Part shown: piece after piece, positions 26,607-40,373 of the stretch | Layout of the letters: each line of letters begins with the position of its first letter | Position numbering within the stretch: the stretch's first letter is position 1 | Source: Eledone cirrhosa | Taxonomy: Eukaryota | Direction of reading: 5' to 3' | Assembly: GCA_964016885.1 (NCBI GenBank) | Contig: OZ024742.1 | Coordinates: 241,924,001-241,988,000 of the forward strand | DNA: 64,000 nt | Translations under genes and position numbers: made by a program | The notes under the pieces: generated by a model | What the model saw: the letters and a program-made list of their open reading frames with translations, nothing else | What the model was told of the DNA's origin: nothing | Database searches by the model: none

Positions 26607-27515
26607 TCTATATATATAAATCTGAGGATGTCTGTCTGTGTGTGAGTTTGAATCCCTAAAACTCGAGAACCACCCAACCGACTGTTTTCAAACTTTACAC
26701 ATGTAATACTTATGTTTAAGGGAGTGTTCTGAGCAAAAGAAATTTCAAAGTTTCAATGCCCTAGGGACGGCATTAGGCGATTTAGCGATCCCTCTCTATA
26801 ATTCTTAGTCTTTCTCTTTTTAGATAGATACATACATATAACGTCGCGCCCTTATAATATATGTCTGTATGTCTGACTGTCTGCATTACGTCACCTCCCT
26901 GAGGTTGTCTGTCTGTGAGTGTGTGTGTGTCTGTGAGCTTGAATCACTAAAACTCGAGAAGTACCCAACCGACCTTTTCCAAACTTTATATGTGTGTTAC
27001 TTATGTTTCAGAAAGTGTTATGCACATAAACAATTCAACTTTCTGATCCCCTAGGGCCCGCATTATTTTTTCAAGTTTTAGTGGTTTTTGAGTCGTTACG
27101 TCAGACTGATTTCCTTGAAATTGTAACTATGTCTTAGTCAGTCTCTTCTTCATACTGTGAGCAAAGAAAATCCAACTTTTCCATGGCCTAGGACCCGTAT
27201 TAGGTGAAATACTTCATTCTTTTCAGCTTTCTAGGACTTTTTGGAGGTGTTACGTCTAGCCGATTTCCCGAAATTTCAAGGCATATTATGCACATAAAAA
27301 AATTCATTTTGTTCATCCCCTAGGGCCCGCATTAGGTGAAAACCTGCATTTTTCCTGCTTCATCGAGGAAAATCTTAAAGATTATCCAGCCATCAGAGTA
27401 TTCGGTTTATTTTCTTTACATATTGTCCACGCATACAGTTTTTCCACGATTAGGTCTGTTGGCGGCCCGCGTTCCAAAATACCTTATCCCGTGCAACGCC
27501 GTGTACCACTGCTAG
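26607..27515 (+). mobile_element. Non-autonomous Helitron, copy 2
   Basis: A|TCTATATATATAAA ... CCGTGCAACGCCGTGTACCACTG-CTAG|T. TC and CTAG termini inserted between A and T. Confidence 0.9.
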
Positions 27516-27728
27516 TATAGAATAAAGATATGTGTTAAGTATAACTTGGTTCTCTCTATTAATAAGTTTTGACCTCTGCAGCCCGTAGCCTAAGAGTCTA
27601 CAACTGAATATCCAATGTCTGGGAAAATCCTCTGCCGATCTCGAATTACTGCTGTATCAAGGAAACTGGATAGCATCGTGCTTCTCTCATTTTTACCAGG
27701 ACCTATATTAGAAAATCTCACAGTCACC

Positions 27729-27765
<37 letters not shown>

Positions 27766-28323
27766 AATATATATATATATATACATATGTGTATATAAAG
27801 ACAAAAGAGAGAGAGATGGGGGGGGGGGGGACCATAACGTTTATAAATTTCAGCTTCAATATAGTTAGCTGGAATTTAGTTGAGTTGAAAACTCAAGACA
27901 GGAGACAAACTGAAACATCCTCAAAGCAACCATAGAGAAAATATGTCTGCCTCACCTACAAAAACGTCGAGTCAAATGGATAGCTAATATAAAATATCAA
28001 CAATTGTACAGAGAAATCACTTAGAAGCAAATAAAGGAACGTTGATAAATGTGTTATAGAGATATAAAAAAAGCAGAAAAAAATAATAATCCTAAAATGA
28101 ATTACAGAATGTGCAACCTATGAAATAAAATGGCTCACCACGTAAACTGCAGCCGTCCAATAATTGCTATGTGTGAATGTATACACTGAGATATATATAC
28201 CTGGAAATATATAAGAACCTGTATGTCAAAACGGAAAAGAAATGTTAATAACCTATCCAATATAAAAAAAGAGATTAAAGTACAGGCTTAAGAACTGAGA
28301 AGCGGACACAAACGCTTGCACAT

Positions 28324-28733
28324 AGATATATATCTATTCAAACCAAAGAATTGACAGGTAAGAAGTAGGAAATTATAAAAACACAAGGCTCTTGAAATTA
28401 GAATATAAAAGGTATAGAATAGGGATCGGAAACCCTTTAGCGTATGTGGGCCCCATTGCTTGTCGGCAGGCTATGATATCAAAATATAACAAATTTGCTC
28501 GACCTCAGACCGTTCTGTCCAGAAAGCTACCTTAATACAAAGGTTTAAAGATGAATAATGATTTTTATATTTTATTATACTTTAATCTGATACCTTACTA
28601 CAAATAAAACAAAAACATATATATATATAAAGTCTAAAGTCTGTCTTAAGCCAGAAGGCTCATTTGGCCGGTGCTTATCCCGGTTTCATGGCGTGAAGCG
28701 ACTGAGAGTACAAGACTCCCCACTGGACAGGTC

Positions 28734-28768
<35 letters not shown>

Positions 28769-29480
28769 TAGGTATTTCGTTGCTATGTTGTGAGAAAATA
28801 TAGAAATTTGATATTGAGTACTTCTTCATTTGTGGACAACTATGGAAACCAATATATACACATTACACATTTCATACATACATACATACATACCTGGTGG
28901 CTGCCAACTCGTTTTCTAGTACGGCCACTACTTTATATCCATGTAGGAGAACTCCTACCGATACGCTGAACGAGTGTGACTTTTTAGTCCAGCCAACGAC
29001 TTGAAAACTCTGGTACAAACACTACACTTGTGACAATTATTGACACATAGTGCTGGGCCCATGGTACCATATGACGACAAGTGCAGAGAGATCTCCAGAT
29101 ATAAAGCAATGCCTGTGCCGTGAAGCTTTTATAGCGAACAAAGGCTCTGCACAAAGCCAGTCCCACTCTCTTAACCAAGATGATATTTACCAAAAAGAAG
29201 AACAAGTCAACATCATTGGATACCATCAGGGTTGCAGGTGTTATATCAGAGTTTTCCTTCTCCTAGAATTCTGCCTTGACAAAGGCTAAGGGGTCATCTC
29301 TCCCGGTGATTTCGGATGGCGATTGACTCTTAAGAGCTCCTTTGTCCTTTGACAGGTTTTGTTTTTAGTCCTGCAGGATGTCCAAAGTCACCCTCCTCAC
29401 CAAGAAACCTTGGTGGGGTTGCCAGTTTAGTCTCCAACGACCCAACCATGAGACAGGTTTTACTGGGATACATGTTACCA
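28324..29480. repeat. ~1.15 kb segment duplicated at 34700-35840
   Basis: Near-identical direct copy about 6.36 kb downstream. Confidence 0.95.
28895..29480 (-). mobile_element. Non-autonomous RTE-derived element in (TACA)n; also 35255-35840 and partial 34498-34706
   Basis: Minus strand carries RTE-5'UTR-like motifs (CTAAACTGGCAACCCC, CTAGGAGAAGGAAAACTCTGA, recognised from memory). 3' end GAGTTGGCAGCCACCA runs into (GTAT)n. No coding capacity. Confidence 0.55.
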
Positions 29481-29488
29481 GTAGCATG

Positions 29489-29519
<31 letters not shown>

Positions 29520-30703
29520 GCAATGCATACATACATATATAAATACATACATACATATATAAATACATACATACTTACATGCACATACACACATATTTAT
29601 AATAAGGGTCTGTGTGAAGTGATATACGATGCCTTGTATGAAAATTAAATATGGCCAATATAACTCACGGTTTTGTTACATTTATATCTTTCAGATTTAC
29701 AATTGAATTCGTAAATCATATTGGTAATTAGTAATATGTTAGTGGAGTGTCAGAATTGAGGTTTCGTATTGAAGAGAAGCGTTTGAATTTTAATGTTTGA
29801 TCCATGAATATATTTCAACTTTCATTTGCAATTTGTCAGGCTAGTTTACTTCAATCTTTCTTCAAAGGAAGGGAGGGGTAGCGTGAGAGAGAAGAAAAGA
29901 AAGAGACAGATAAATAGATAGAGATAGATAGATAGATAGAGATAGATAGATAAAGAGAGAGAGAGAGAGAGATAGAGAGAGGTAGTGAGGAAGAAAGAGA
30001 GATAAAGAGGTCTTAGCTTAGAGTTACTTATGAAAAAGGCGGTGCGCAACAGTCCATGCTTGTTTTTATTTGAATATCACTCAATTTGTAAGCGATGTTT
30101 ACTCATTAGCTAAATACTGACATAGTGTCTTCTTGGATAAGATCTAAATAGCAACAACTGATACCCAAACATGCTGTCTTAGTGTTTCAGTTTACACACG
30201 CACACACTCACACACACACATATATATAAGTAAAACGTAAAAGAGAAAAGGCCTATATTTAGAGATTATTTTTTATTTAACCCGACAGTATATATATTTT
30301 ATGATTCTTTCATCAAATGGTTTACGTTTGTCAAGTAATACCGGTTCCGGTTGGTATGTCAATCTTATTAAATATTTAAAATGTTTGTTCTTATATTATG
30401 TGGACAGTTTGAAGCTATGAGAACTTTCTTTCAAAATGTCGTCTTATATACATGTTTTTTATGAAGGTGGTGTGTCAAAGGTTGAAGCCTGGTGCAGCTG
30501 GAGGGGATCCAATTGATTCTCTAGAAAATTCTCTTGATTTATATATGTATGTATGCATATGTATGTATATGTATACATACATATATACATATGTAATCAT
30601 GTATATCTATACATACATATTTACACACACATACACACATACACACATACATACATATCATACATACATACATACATACATACATACATACATACATACA
30701 TAC

Positions 30704-30873
30704 AAGATGGCTGCAAACTCTGCTAAGAGTATTGCAATCGCTTGTCAGATTCAGATGTGTGAAACTCGGATATGGCTTTTCAAGCCTGCTAGAGACTTGC
30801 ACACCTTCGCACATTGACGACAACTATGGATCTCCCTGGCCCCAGGTCTTGCATCAAGTTGACTGTGAACCTT
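30704..30873 (-). mobile_element. Short retroposon 3' fragment in (TACA)n, related to the 28.9 kb element
   Basis: 3' end GAGTTTGCAGCCATC versus GAGTTGGCAGCCACC. (TACA)n on both sides. Confidence 0.45.
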
Positions 30874-31535
30874 CATACATACATACATACATACATAAAT
30901 ACATAGATATGTACGTACGTATATTAAACTCCAATGAGTTCAAACCGGTAACAGGAATTTCTATACCAACACTCCCATTAACCGCGTCTACCTGAAACTT
31001 AAACAAGGTGGCAGATGTTTAACATCATTCCAAACACCATTTGAGTGTCGTCGCATCATATCATTCTGACGATATCTGCGCACCATCAAGCCTAGAAGCC
31101 CGTTTATGTAACTTGCCTATATATGTGAATTTTTGTTGAGTAGGAACGAGACATATACATGTTTGGGCTTCAGTTATTTCACTACACCAAGACTTAGTAA
31201 TAGCGTCACCACAAACAACCACAGCATGAGCCAATGAGAGAAACTCTATTCGTTCGAGCAGGTAGAAATAATAACTAAATTTCCTCAAATTACACCCTAC
31301 CCTCGGAGGGAATGTGTCTAATCATAAGGTTGCTTGACCAGGCTAATATTATTAACTAAATGCCCCTGAAAAATGGTATGGCTATGTTAGATAATGCGTT
31401 TCTTGTATATGAGAGTAGTTATTCATGGCTGGAACATACTTGATCTTACATTTTCTTGATAGGGATTAACCAAGATTTCAATGGCTACAAGAGCATCATC
31501 TCATTCGAACCATTCTCGCCAATAAGACTGCCATA

Positions 31536-31713
31536 ATTGTTTCTACTTTAGGCACACGGCCAGCAATTACCCAGTACATTACTGGTACTTTATTTTATCG
31601 ACCCCGAAAGGATGAAAGGCAAAGTTAACCTCGGCAGGATTTGAACTCAGACTGTAAAGGGACGTAACTATGCTAGAAAGCATGGCGTCCAACCCTCTAC
31701 CGATACTGCTAAT
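31536..31713 (-). mobile_element. tRNA-derived SINE
   Basis: A-box-like TAGCAGTATCGG, B-box-like GAGTTCAAATCC, body GCCTTTCATCCTTTCGGGGTCGATAAAATAAAGTACCAG. Multi-copy in the window. Confidence 0.85.
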
Positions 31714-31967
31714 TAACATAATGATAATTAATGCTACTATTTCTACGACCACTGCTATCACCAATACCATCACTATGACAACAACCACGATATCTACCAA
31801 TAGGCGTACCAGTAGCTCAACCCCACCAACGATATCACCAACATCACCATCATCACTAGCACCTTCGCCAACTCAACCTTTCCCATCAAAGTCATACGTA
31901 GAAACATCAAAGCCGACACATTTACCATTATCATCTTAATCAGGAAATTATTATTTTCCATAATCAA

Positions 31968-32076
31968 TCTTCTTCTTCTTCTTCTTCTTCTTCTTCTTCT
32001 TCTTCTTCTTCTTCTTCTTCTTTTCCTTCTTCTTCTTCTTCTTCTTCTTCTTCTTCTTCTTCTTCTTCTTCTTCTT
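31968..32076. repeat. (TTC)n microsatellite (also 61251-61332)
   Basis: Directly visible. Confidence 0.95.
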
Positions 32077-32734
32077 TGACTTCGCCGTCATTATCGTCAT
32101 CATCATCAATAACACCACCACTACCTCCACGACCACCACCAGCACCAGCACCCCCCCATCAGTTGCACCAGCTGAACCACCACCAATACATCCACCATTA
32201 CACCCCCCACCCCACCCCCACCCCCGCCCCCACCGCCACCTCCATCATCATCGCCACCAATTACGAGTAACTTTATTACCTGCGCCTACTACGTAACTGC
32301 ATCTATGTTGCAAGTTCACCGTGACCTTACAATAACTGCTGACATCAGCATTGAAATTTAAGCTCGTAAACACACACAGGGATAAACACAATACAGACAC
32401 ATTCACACACACACACTGGCAGACATAGCATACACACATAGACACGCAATCATGTTCACTCACCTCCATATATACTCACACATGCACACATAGACTTTAG
32501 GCATGCGTATGTCTGGCAACCTATAAGTTTATATTCACGCACAGACACATACAGAAATACACACACACACACATACACACACACATACACACACAGATAC
32601 ACACACACACACACATATATATATATGTATGTAGATATATATATATATATACATATATATAATGATGACTATACTCTACCTACGTATTGAGTGCCACCCA
32701 GATAACCTAGAGACACACACACACATATATACAT

Positions 32735-32793
<59 letters not shown>

Positions 32794-32806
32794 AGTGTGT
32801 GTATAC

Positions 32807-32882
<76 letters not shown>

Positions 32883-32899
32883 ATATATGTGTGTATATA

Positions 32900-32987
<88 letters not shown>

Positions 32988-33002
32988 CATACACACACAG
33001 TC

Positions 33003-33046
<44 letters not shown>

Positions 33047-33579
33047 GCGTGCGTGTGTGTGTATTTGTGTGTGCATAATGCTCAACTTACATATTTGTTT
33101 TATATTCATACAACTTTAATGATTGAAATGATTTTCCATAATGACATAAAAAGAAAAAAAATTATTATTATAAAAATTAAAGAAACGGTATTAAATACAA
33201 TATTGAATTAATCTCGGTAAAAAAAAGTTTTCATTTGTGATTTTCTCTGTCATATAAGGGTGGCAATTGGAATGGATTTTATTTGTTTCATTTCTTTTCT
33301 TTTTTCGTAGTCTTAGAAATCTTTCTTCAGTCGTATCTGAATATCATAAGGTATCCCCCCCCCCTTCTTTCTCTATTTTCTCAGACTTATCTTATTTAAT
33401 ATACCTTTTGCTATAATTTCGATATGCAAGTAGATGTAGTAATAACATCAAAGGAACGGCGAACAGCAAACACTAACTATACCTGGCTCTAGCATTGTTG
33501 GAACACTAGTAGCTTATTTAATCATTTAAACACTACTGTTGTTCTTGTCGCAGCCCACAACCACAACAACAACAGCAAT

Positions 33580-33580
33580 A

Positions 33581-33641
<61 letters not shown>

Positions 33642-33649
33642 ATACAAAT

Positions 33650-33688
<39 letters not shown>

Positions 33689-33709
33689 GCTTGTTGCTGC
33701 TACTACTAT

Positions 33710-33743
<34 letters not shown>

Positions 33744-33745
33744 GA
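33580..33745. repeat. Compound (TAC)n/(AAT)n microsatellite
   Basis: Directly visible. Confidence 0.95.
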
Positions 33746-34039
33746 TGGTGATAATAGAAATATTGTTTTGTTTTTTCTCTTCTTTTCAAAAGTTCAGAAG
33801 TAATTTTCTAAAGGATAACGATCAGCCTTATTGGTTTCAGAAGGAATAGGGTGAAAAAGAAAGAAAGGAAGGTAAAAAGTATTAGAGCAGAATAGAATTC
33901 TTGTGTGATTTAACCTCAAAAAGTTGATCAATGTAGGGAAAGAAAGGGAAAAGCAACAAAGTCGTGACGTTTTGATCATAATTATAACATATCATAATGT
34001 AACACACACACACACACACACACACACCTATATATATAT

Positions 34040-34093
<54 letters not shown>

Positions 34094-34390
34094 GTGTGAA
34101 TGAAGTAATTCCGTCGGAAAAGTCCAGGAAAAAAGAGTGCTCTATGTAGGTAACAGAGCTTAATAGTTATGTAATAAACAACATAAGGCAATTATTCCAT
34201 TTACCAGTGGTTTCTTAAAAGCAAAAGATTTTGCTTTCAATCCTCAGAATGAAAAAATCCTGGTCTGTTTATTGAATTTGGATTTTAAAAACAAAAATGC
34301 AATCTATATGAAAGTGAGGCTGGAGAAGCAAGAAGGAAAGGAAAAATAAAACTACACATGCAAACACACACACAAAAACACAAAAGCATA

Positions 34391-34483
<93 letters not shown>

Positions 34484-36042
34484 TATATACATATACATGG
34501 TGGCTGCCAACTCGTTTTCGAGTACGGCCACTACTTTATATCCATGTAGGAGAACCCCTACCGATGCACTGAACGAGTGTGACTTTTTAGTCCAGCCAGC
34601 GACTTAAAAACTCTGGTACAAACACTACACTTGTGACAATTATTGACACATAGTGCTGGGCCCATGGTACCATATGACGACAAGTGCAGAGAGATCTCCA
34701 GATATATATCTATTCAAACCAAAGAATTGACAGGTAAGAAGTAGGAAATTATAAAAACACAAGGCTCTTGAAATTAGAATATAAAAGGTATAGAATAGGG
34801 ATCGGAAACCCTTTAGCGTATGTGGGCCCCATTGCTTGTCGGCAGGCTATGATATCAAAATATAATAAATTTGCTCGACCTCAGACCGTTCTGTCCAGAA
34901 AGCTACCTTAATACAAAGGTTTAAAGATGAATAATGATTTTTATACTTTATTATACTTTAATCTGATACCTTACTACAAATAAAACAAAAACATATATAT
35001 ATATAAAGTCTAAAGTCTGTCTTAAGCCAGAAGGCTCATTTGGCCGGTGCTTATCCCGGTTTCATGGCGTGAAGCGACTGAGAGTACAAGACTCCCCACT
35101 GGACAGGTCATATATATATATATATAGAGAGAGAGATAGGTATTTCGTTGCTATGTTGTGAGAAAATATAGAAATTTGATATTGAGTACTTCTTCATTTG
35201 TGGACAACTATGGAAACCAATATATACACATTACACATTTCATACATACATACCTGGTGGCTGCCAACTCGTTTTCTAGTACGGCCACTACTTTATATCC
35301 ATGTAGGAGAACTCCTACCGATACGCTGAACGAGTGTGACTTTTTAGTCCAGCCAACGACTTGAAAACTCTGGTACAAACACTACACTTGTGACAATTAT
35401 TGACACATAGTGCTGGGCCCATGGTACCATATGACGACAAGTGCAGAGAGATCTCCAGATATAAAGCAATGCCTGTGCCGTGAAGCTTTTATAGCGAACA
35501 AAGGCTCTGCACAAAGCCAGTCCCACTCTCTTAACCAAGATGATATTTACCAAAAAGAAGAACAAGTCAACATCATTGGATACCATCAGGGTTGCAGGTG
35601 TTATATCAGAGTTTTCCTTCTCCTAGAATTCTGCCTTGACAAAGGCTAAGGGGTCATCTCTCCCAGTGATTTTGGATGGCCATTAACTCTTAAGAGCTCC
35701 TTTGCCCTTTGACAGGTTTTGTTTTTAGTCCTGCAGGATGTCCAAAGTCACCCTCCTCACCAAGAAACCTTGGTGGGGTTGCCAGTTTAGTCGCCAACGA
35801 CCCGACCATGAGACAGGTTGTACTGGGTTACATGTTACCACTCATACATACACACGCACATATATGTGTATATATATACACACAAACACATACATATACA
35901 TATATATACATACGCACATAAATATCAACACATCCATACATACACATACATATATACAACCACACACACATATATACACACATACATACACATAGAAACA
36001 TAAATATAAATACATATTGGCAACATGACCCTCCCAAAGTAT

Positions 36043-36102
<60 letters not shown>

Positions 36103-36159
36103 ATGAAATACTGTTAGCTTCTCGATAAAACAATTTCTATACCTTTCATTTATATATAT

Positions 36160-36253
36160 ATAGGAACGAGTAGGACCCCGACGGCTGATTTTAGTCCAGA
36201 ATTAGCCATCGAAACGGCTTGAGCTCAGCCGTCGGGGTCCTACTCGTTCCTAT
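36160..36253. repeat. Perfect 29-bp inverted repeat with a hammerhead-3'-half-like centre
   Basis: ATAGGAACGAGTAGGACCCCGACGGCTGA / TCAGCCGTCGGGGTCCTACTCGTTCCTAT. Spacer contains TAGCCATC-GAAAC. Flanked by (TA)n. Confidence 0.9.
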
Positions 36254-36329
36254 TACTCACTCTACTACCCTAAGTATTGAGTACTTTGGTGCGTTATGGT
36301 CCACCTGGTTCCTTACCACATTTCCTTCG

Positions 36330-36377
<48 letters not shown>

Positions 36378-38374
36378 AAAAAATGAAATTTCATTTCTCA
36401 CTCTTAGTACGGCTGATACTTAAATGTAAGTATGTATACGTACATACATATATGTATATAGACGTACAGTAGTATGTATATACATACATACATGCACACA
36501 TATATATATATATATATGTACGTATGGGTTTACCGAACATTTATTATAATGTTCGGTTTGTTTGTAATTAAGCCGTACAGTGTTCGGCAACCATCGTTGC
36601 CCTTTTGTTCAACACTGACAAAGGAACGATGAGCTAGTTTCTAGCTTATTAGCTGTCATCAACACCGTATACCTCCCTGTCAGTTGATTGAACGTTTGAA
36701 AGTATATACTTTCCCTATGCATATTAACGGCTGAGCAGCCTAATTTGCATATCGAGTGAGGTAGTCGGCTGCGCGTACCGAAAACGATAAATGGAAAAAA
36801 TTAAATTTCATTTCTCACTCTTAGTACGGCTGATACTTTCAAACGTTCAATCAACTGAGCGATGAAAAATATTTGCCATTTGAAGGTCAGCTTTGTCTAA
36901 AGTATATATACTCTATGGGAAACCTATCGGCCTTTTCTTCACTTCTTTATGTGTAAATTGCCAAAACATATTCAAAATCCCTTATTCTGATTTTTGGTCC
37001 AACAGTAAAGAAATCTACGTGGCTATTGTCCATTATTAAGTAACATTTGGGTTTACTGACTTTTACGTATAACCATTTATGGCCGTACTACATCTCATTT
37101 CAAATTACTCTTAGTTTCTTCTGAAAAAATTAAAGAATTATAACAAACACAAGATTAAAACTGTAATACTAACAAATCTAACATCTTCAGGATTTCGACA
37201 CAGACCGAAAAAATATCATTTTCTCATAAAGAATTACCTTCTTCATTTGTCGAATAGTAGTGTTCATTAATCCAATGTATTTAATAATCTAATAAGCAAT
37301 TTTCAATTTCCTTTTCTCTCCAATTAAATATTAAATATATATATATATATATATATATTGTTATGCTTTTTTATATATATATATACACTTATGTGCATGT
37401 GTATGTTTGTGCCTGTTTATATTTGTGTCTATGAGTATGCGTGTGTGTGGGCACCTGCGTCTTTGCGCATGTGGTTAAAACACAATTGTGCTTCGGGATG
37501 AAATTTGTAAGTAAGAATGATAATCAATTTTTCTACGGTATTTCTCCCTGTATTTACACATTTGTAAAGCTAAATTCATTATTGGCAACCGTTTTCTTAC
37601 TTTCAATTTCTTTTTCGTTGGATCTCCGGCTTTCCTTTCAAGAAATGCTGAGCTGTCAATCTTGATATTAAATATCAATTGTAGTGATAGCGCTGTTTCT
37701 TAACTGCTGAATGGGTAGTTTCTAGAATACATTGTTGATTTTCCCAATAATTATTTGAGATCGGTGGGAGATATTTGGCTACTTTCCTATGTCTTTTTTA
37801 CCCACCCTATAAGGAATATAGTACCTCATAAAAATATTTACTTGAAGAATTATCCATCAGCTGAAATTTTCGATCTTACAAAATTTTGCAGTTTAGACCA
37901 AGTTCATCCCTAATTGAATAGACCTTTGATAGAAGTCAATCCATGCATAGCCATTCAACTCTATATTCAGACTTATTCTAACTAGGATAAGTTATCAAAT
38001 ATGACCTTCCGTTAAAAAAACCCCCCAAAACCCTAGGGTGCGTTATGATGGACATATGGCTTATATTACTACAACAATGATGTTATTCGTGACATAGTTT
38101 TGACTGTCTTCTTGCTCCTGCATCGGACTTGAGATTATGTCCTTTAGGTTTTCCGAGAAACCTTTACGTGATTCCTCGATCTGCTAAAAATATTAATTCA
38201 TAGCTCCTTTCAATCATACTCTGCCGTCTTAAAAAGACAAATAATTTTTGGATACGTTAGTAAGAAATATATTGTATCTGAAAGTTCAAATCAAGATGGT
38301 CACGACTAGAAAATCTATAATCATAGTTCTGATCGATGCAGACTGACCCGTGGTAAACACCACCACAGCAACAA

Positions 38375-38438
38375 CAAAATCAAACAAAATCAAACAAAAT
38401 CAAACAAAATCAAACAAAATCAAACAAAATCAAACAAA
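38375..38438. repeat. 10-bp tandem repeat (CAAAATCAAA)n
   Basis: About six units. Confidence 0.9.
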
Positions 38439-39147
38439 AATAAGATCAATAAATGTAATAATATCAAATATATCTAACGTTGCACAGACACAGGTAAATA
38501 TTTGTTGACTGAATAAACTTATTTTCGGCCACACTATATGAGCAGAACTCGTTGTTAAACCATAAGGCTCTCTAAAGTGTCCTTGTACACTTGTCAAAAG
38601 TGCGTACTCAGTTACGCTGGTAGCGAGAGTAAATGTCGTTTATTGAACTGATGTATGTAAACTTCTGCCCCAGCCATAAGCACTCTTCAACATATCGCAA
38701 GACAAATACATTATATTGTAATAATAATTACAAAGACCAAAATCCGAAGAGGGTTCCATAAAGTTTGTATATACATATAAAAGTACATTTTATATACATG
38801 TACATTTTATATACCTGGAGAGCAAATATTTATTAATAGTACAGATTAAAGTTTTAATTTTTTGTAACCGAGGGTGTGCCAGTACTATGTATGTATATGT
38901 CTTTTGCTTTTCTTTTATATTTTTGTCAGAAGAATAATATGACTTTATTTAAATTTTTGTTATATTTTGGATTGTTACTATTGAAAGCATCGAAAAAACA
39001 GGGTTCTTCTACAGCTCTGGTTCAGTTTCACTAGGTAGGTCATGAAATCAAGAGTCATATGTGCAGGCATTTAAAAAAAATTCTTCTACTGGTTTCAATC
39101 ATTAGACGGGGATCATGCGTATTCGTGTACGTCTTTGTTTGTTGTAA

Positions 39148-39265
39148 GGCAGTCGATTGGCTAAGTCAGTAGAGCGTCGCACAGAATGCGCTGCGATGTT
39201 TGTTCCAGTTTTCTGCACTTTGTTTTCAAATCCAGTCGAGATATGCTTTGCCTTTCATTTTTTCA
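39148..39265 (+). mobile_element. tRNA-derived SINE, 5' part, degenerate
   Basis: TGGCTAAGTCAGTAGAGCG A-box-like, TTTCAAATCC B-box-like, TTTGCCTTTCAT body start. Confidence 0.6.
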
Positions 39266-39383
39266 ATTCTTTTTTATCCGCCTGTTGTAAATCTCAATTC
39301 TCTCAAAATGATTCTGGAGTTGGAAGGAAATCTCTACCGCCAATTACATTGGAACTTAAACTCATTAGCGAAGGCATGGTACA

Positions 39384-39687
39384 CTGGGCCAGATTTAATA
39401 TAGAGCAAAGGGGGCAATTGTTCCGGCCTCCCTGCAGTGAGGGGCCCACCAGCGATGGCCATAACAATTGATTTGTACCCTCAGCTGCGATTTTTACTTT
39501 ATGGGTCGTTAGAATTTTTTTATTTAATACCTGTATGTATAACTTTTCAATTCTAATTACTTGCGCCAAGCAAACTTTGTTATGTAAAATAGGGAGGGGG
39601 GGGGTTGCTGTGTATTAAAATCTTTGTGTATAAGGGGTTCCCCAAAACATGAAGTGCCCCCTACGCCAAGGTCTAAATCCAAGACTG
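39384..39687. mobile_element. hAT-type MITE (304 bp)
   Basis: Exact 8-bp TSD ATGGTACA (39376-39383 and 39688-39695). Imperfect TIRs CTGGGCCAGATTTA / TAAATCCAAGACTG. Confidence 0.8.
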
Positions 39688-39765
39688 ATGGTACATCCTC
39701 TATCATAAATGATTGTCCTTGTTTACATCCGTGTGTTTGGGTGTGTGTATGAGGATAGAGGGTAG

Positions 39766-39838
<73 letters not shown>

Positions 39839-40288
39839 TAATTCGTGTAATCAAATATTTGAAGGCGCATTTCTATATCATCGCTGTTCTACGATTTTCG
39901 TCACTACTCATCCGCAGTGATTTGACAAACATAACTCAGCATAGTGACAGAATGTCTATATATGTCTATATTTTGTGACAATCATTTCTCCCCTATATAA
40001 AAATAAACGTTCGTCCAAATCCCGCTCCATATTCGAATCTGCTTCTATCGATATGTAAACAAACACACGTCCACAGATACACCCCCCCACACACACACCC
40101 CACACACAAACACACACAAACACACACACACACACACACACTTATAAATGTATATATATGTATATTGTATGTATGTATGTATATACATATGTATATATAT
40201 ATGTATATTATATGTATCTATGTATATATAAATGTATATATATATGTATACATATATATATACATATATACAAATAATTACACATACA

Positions 40289-40373
<85 letters not shown>

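Noticed and set aside
28984-35649. Identical 79-80 aa ORFs occurring twice
   Set aside because: They result from the recent DNA duplication and have no recognisable domain.
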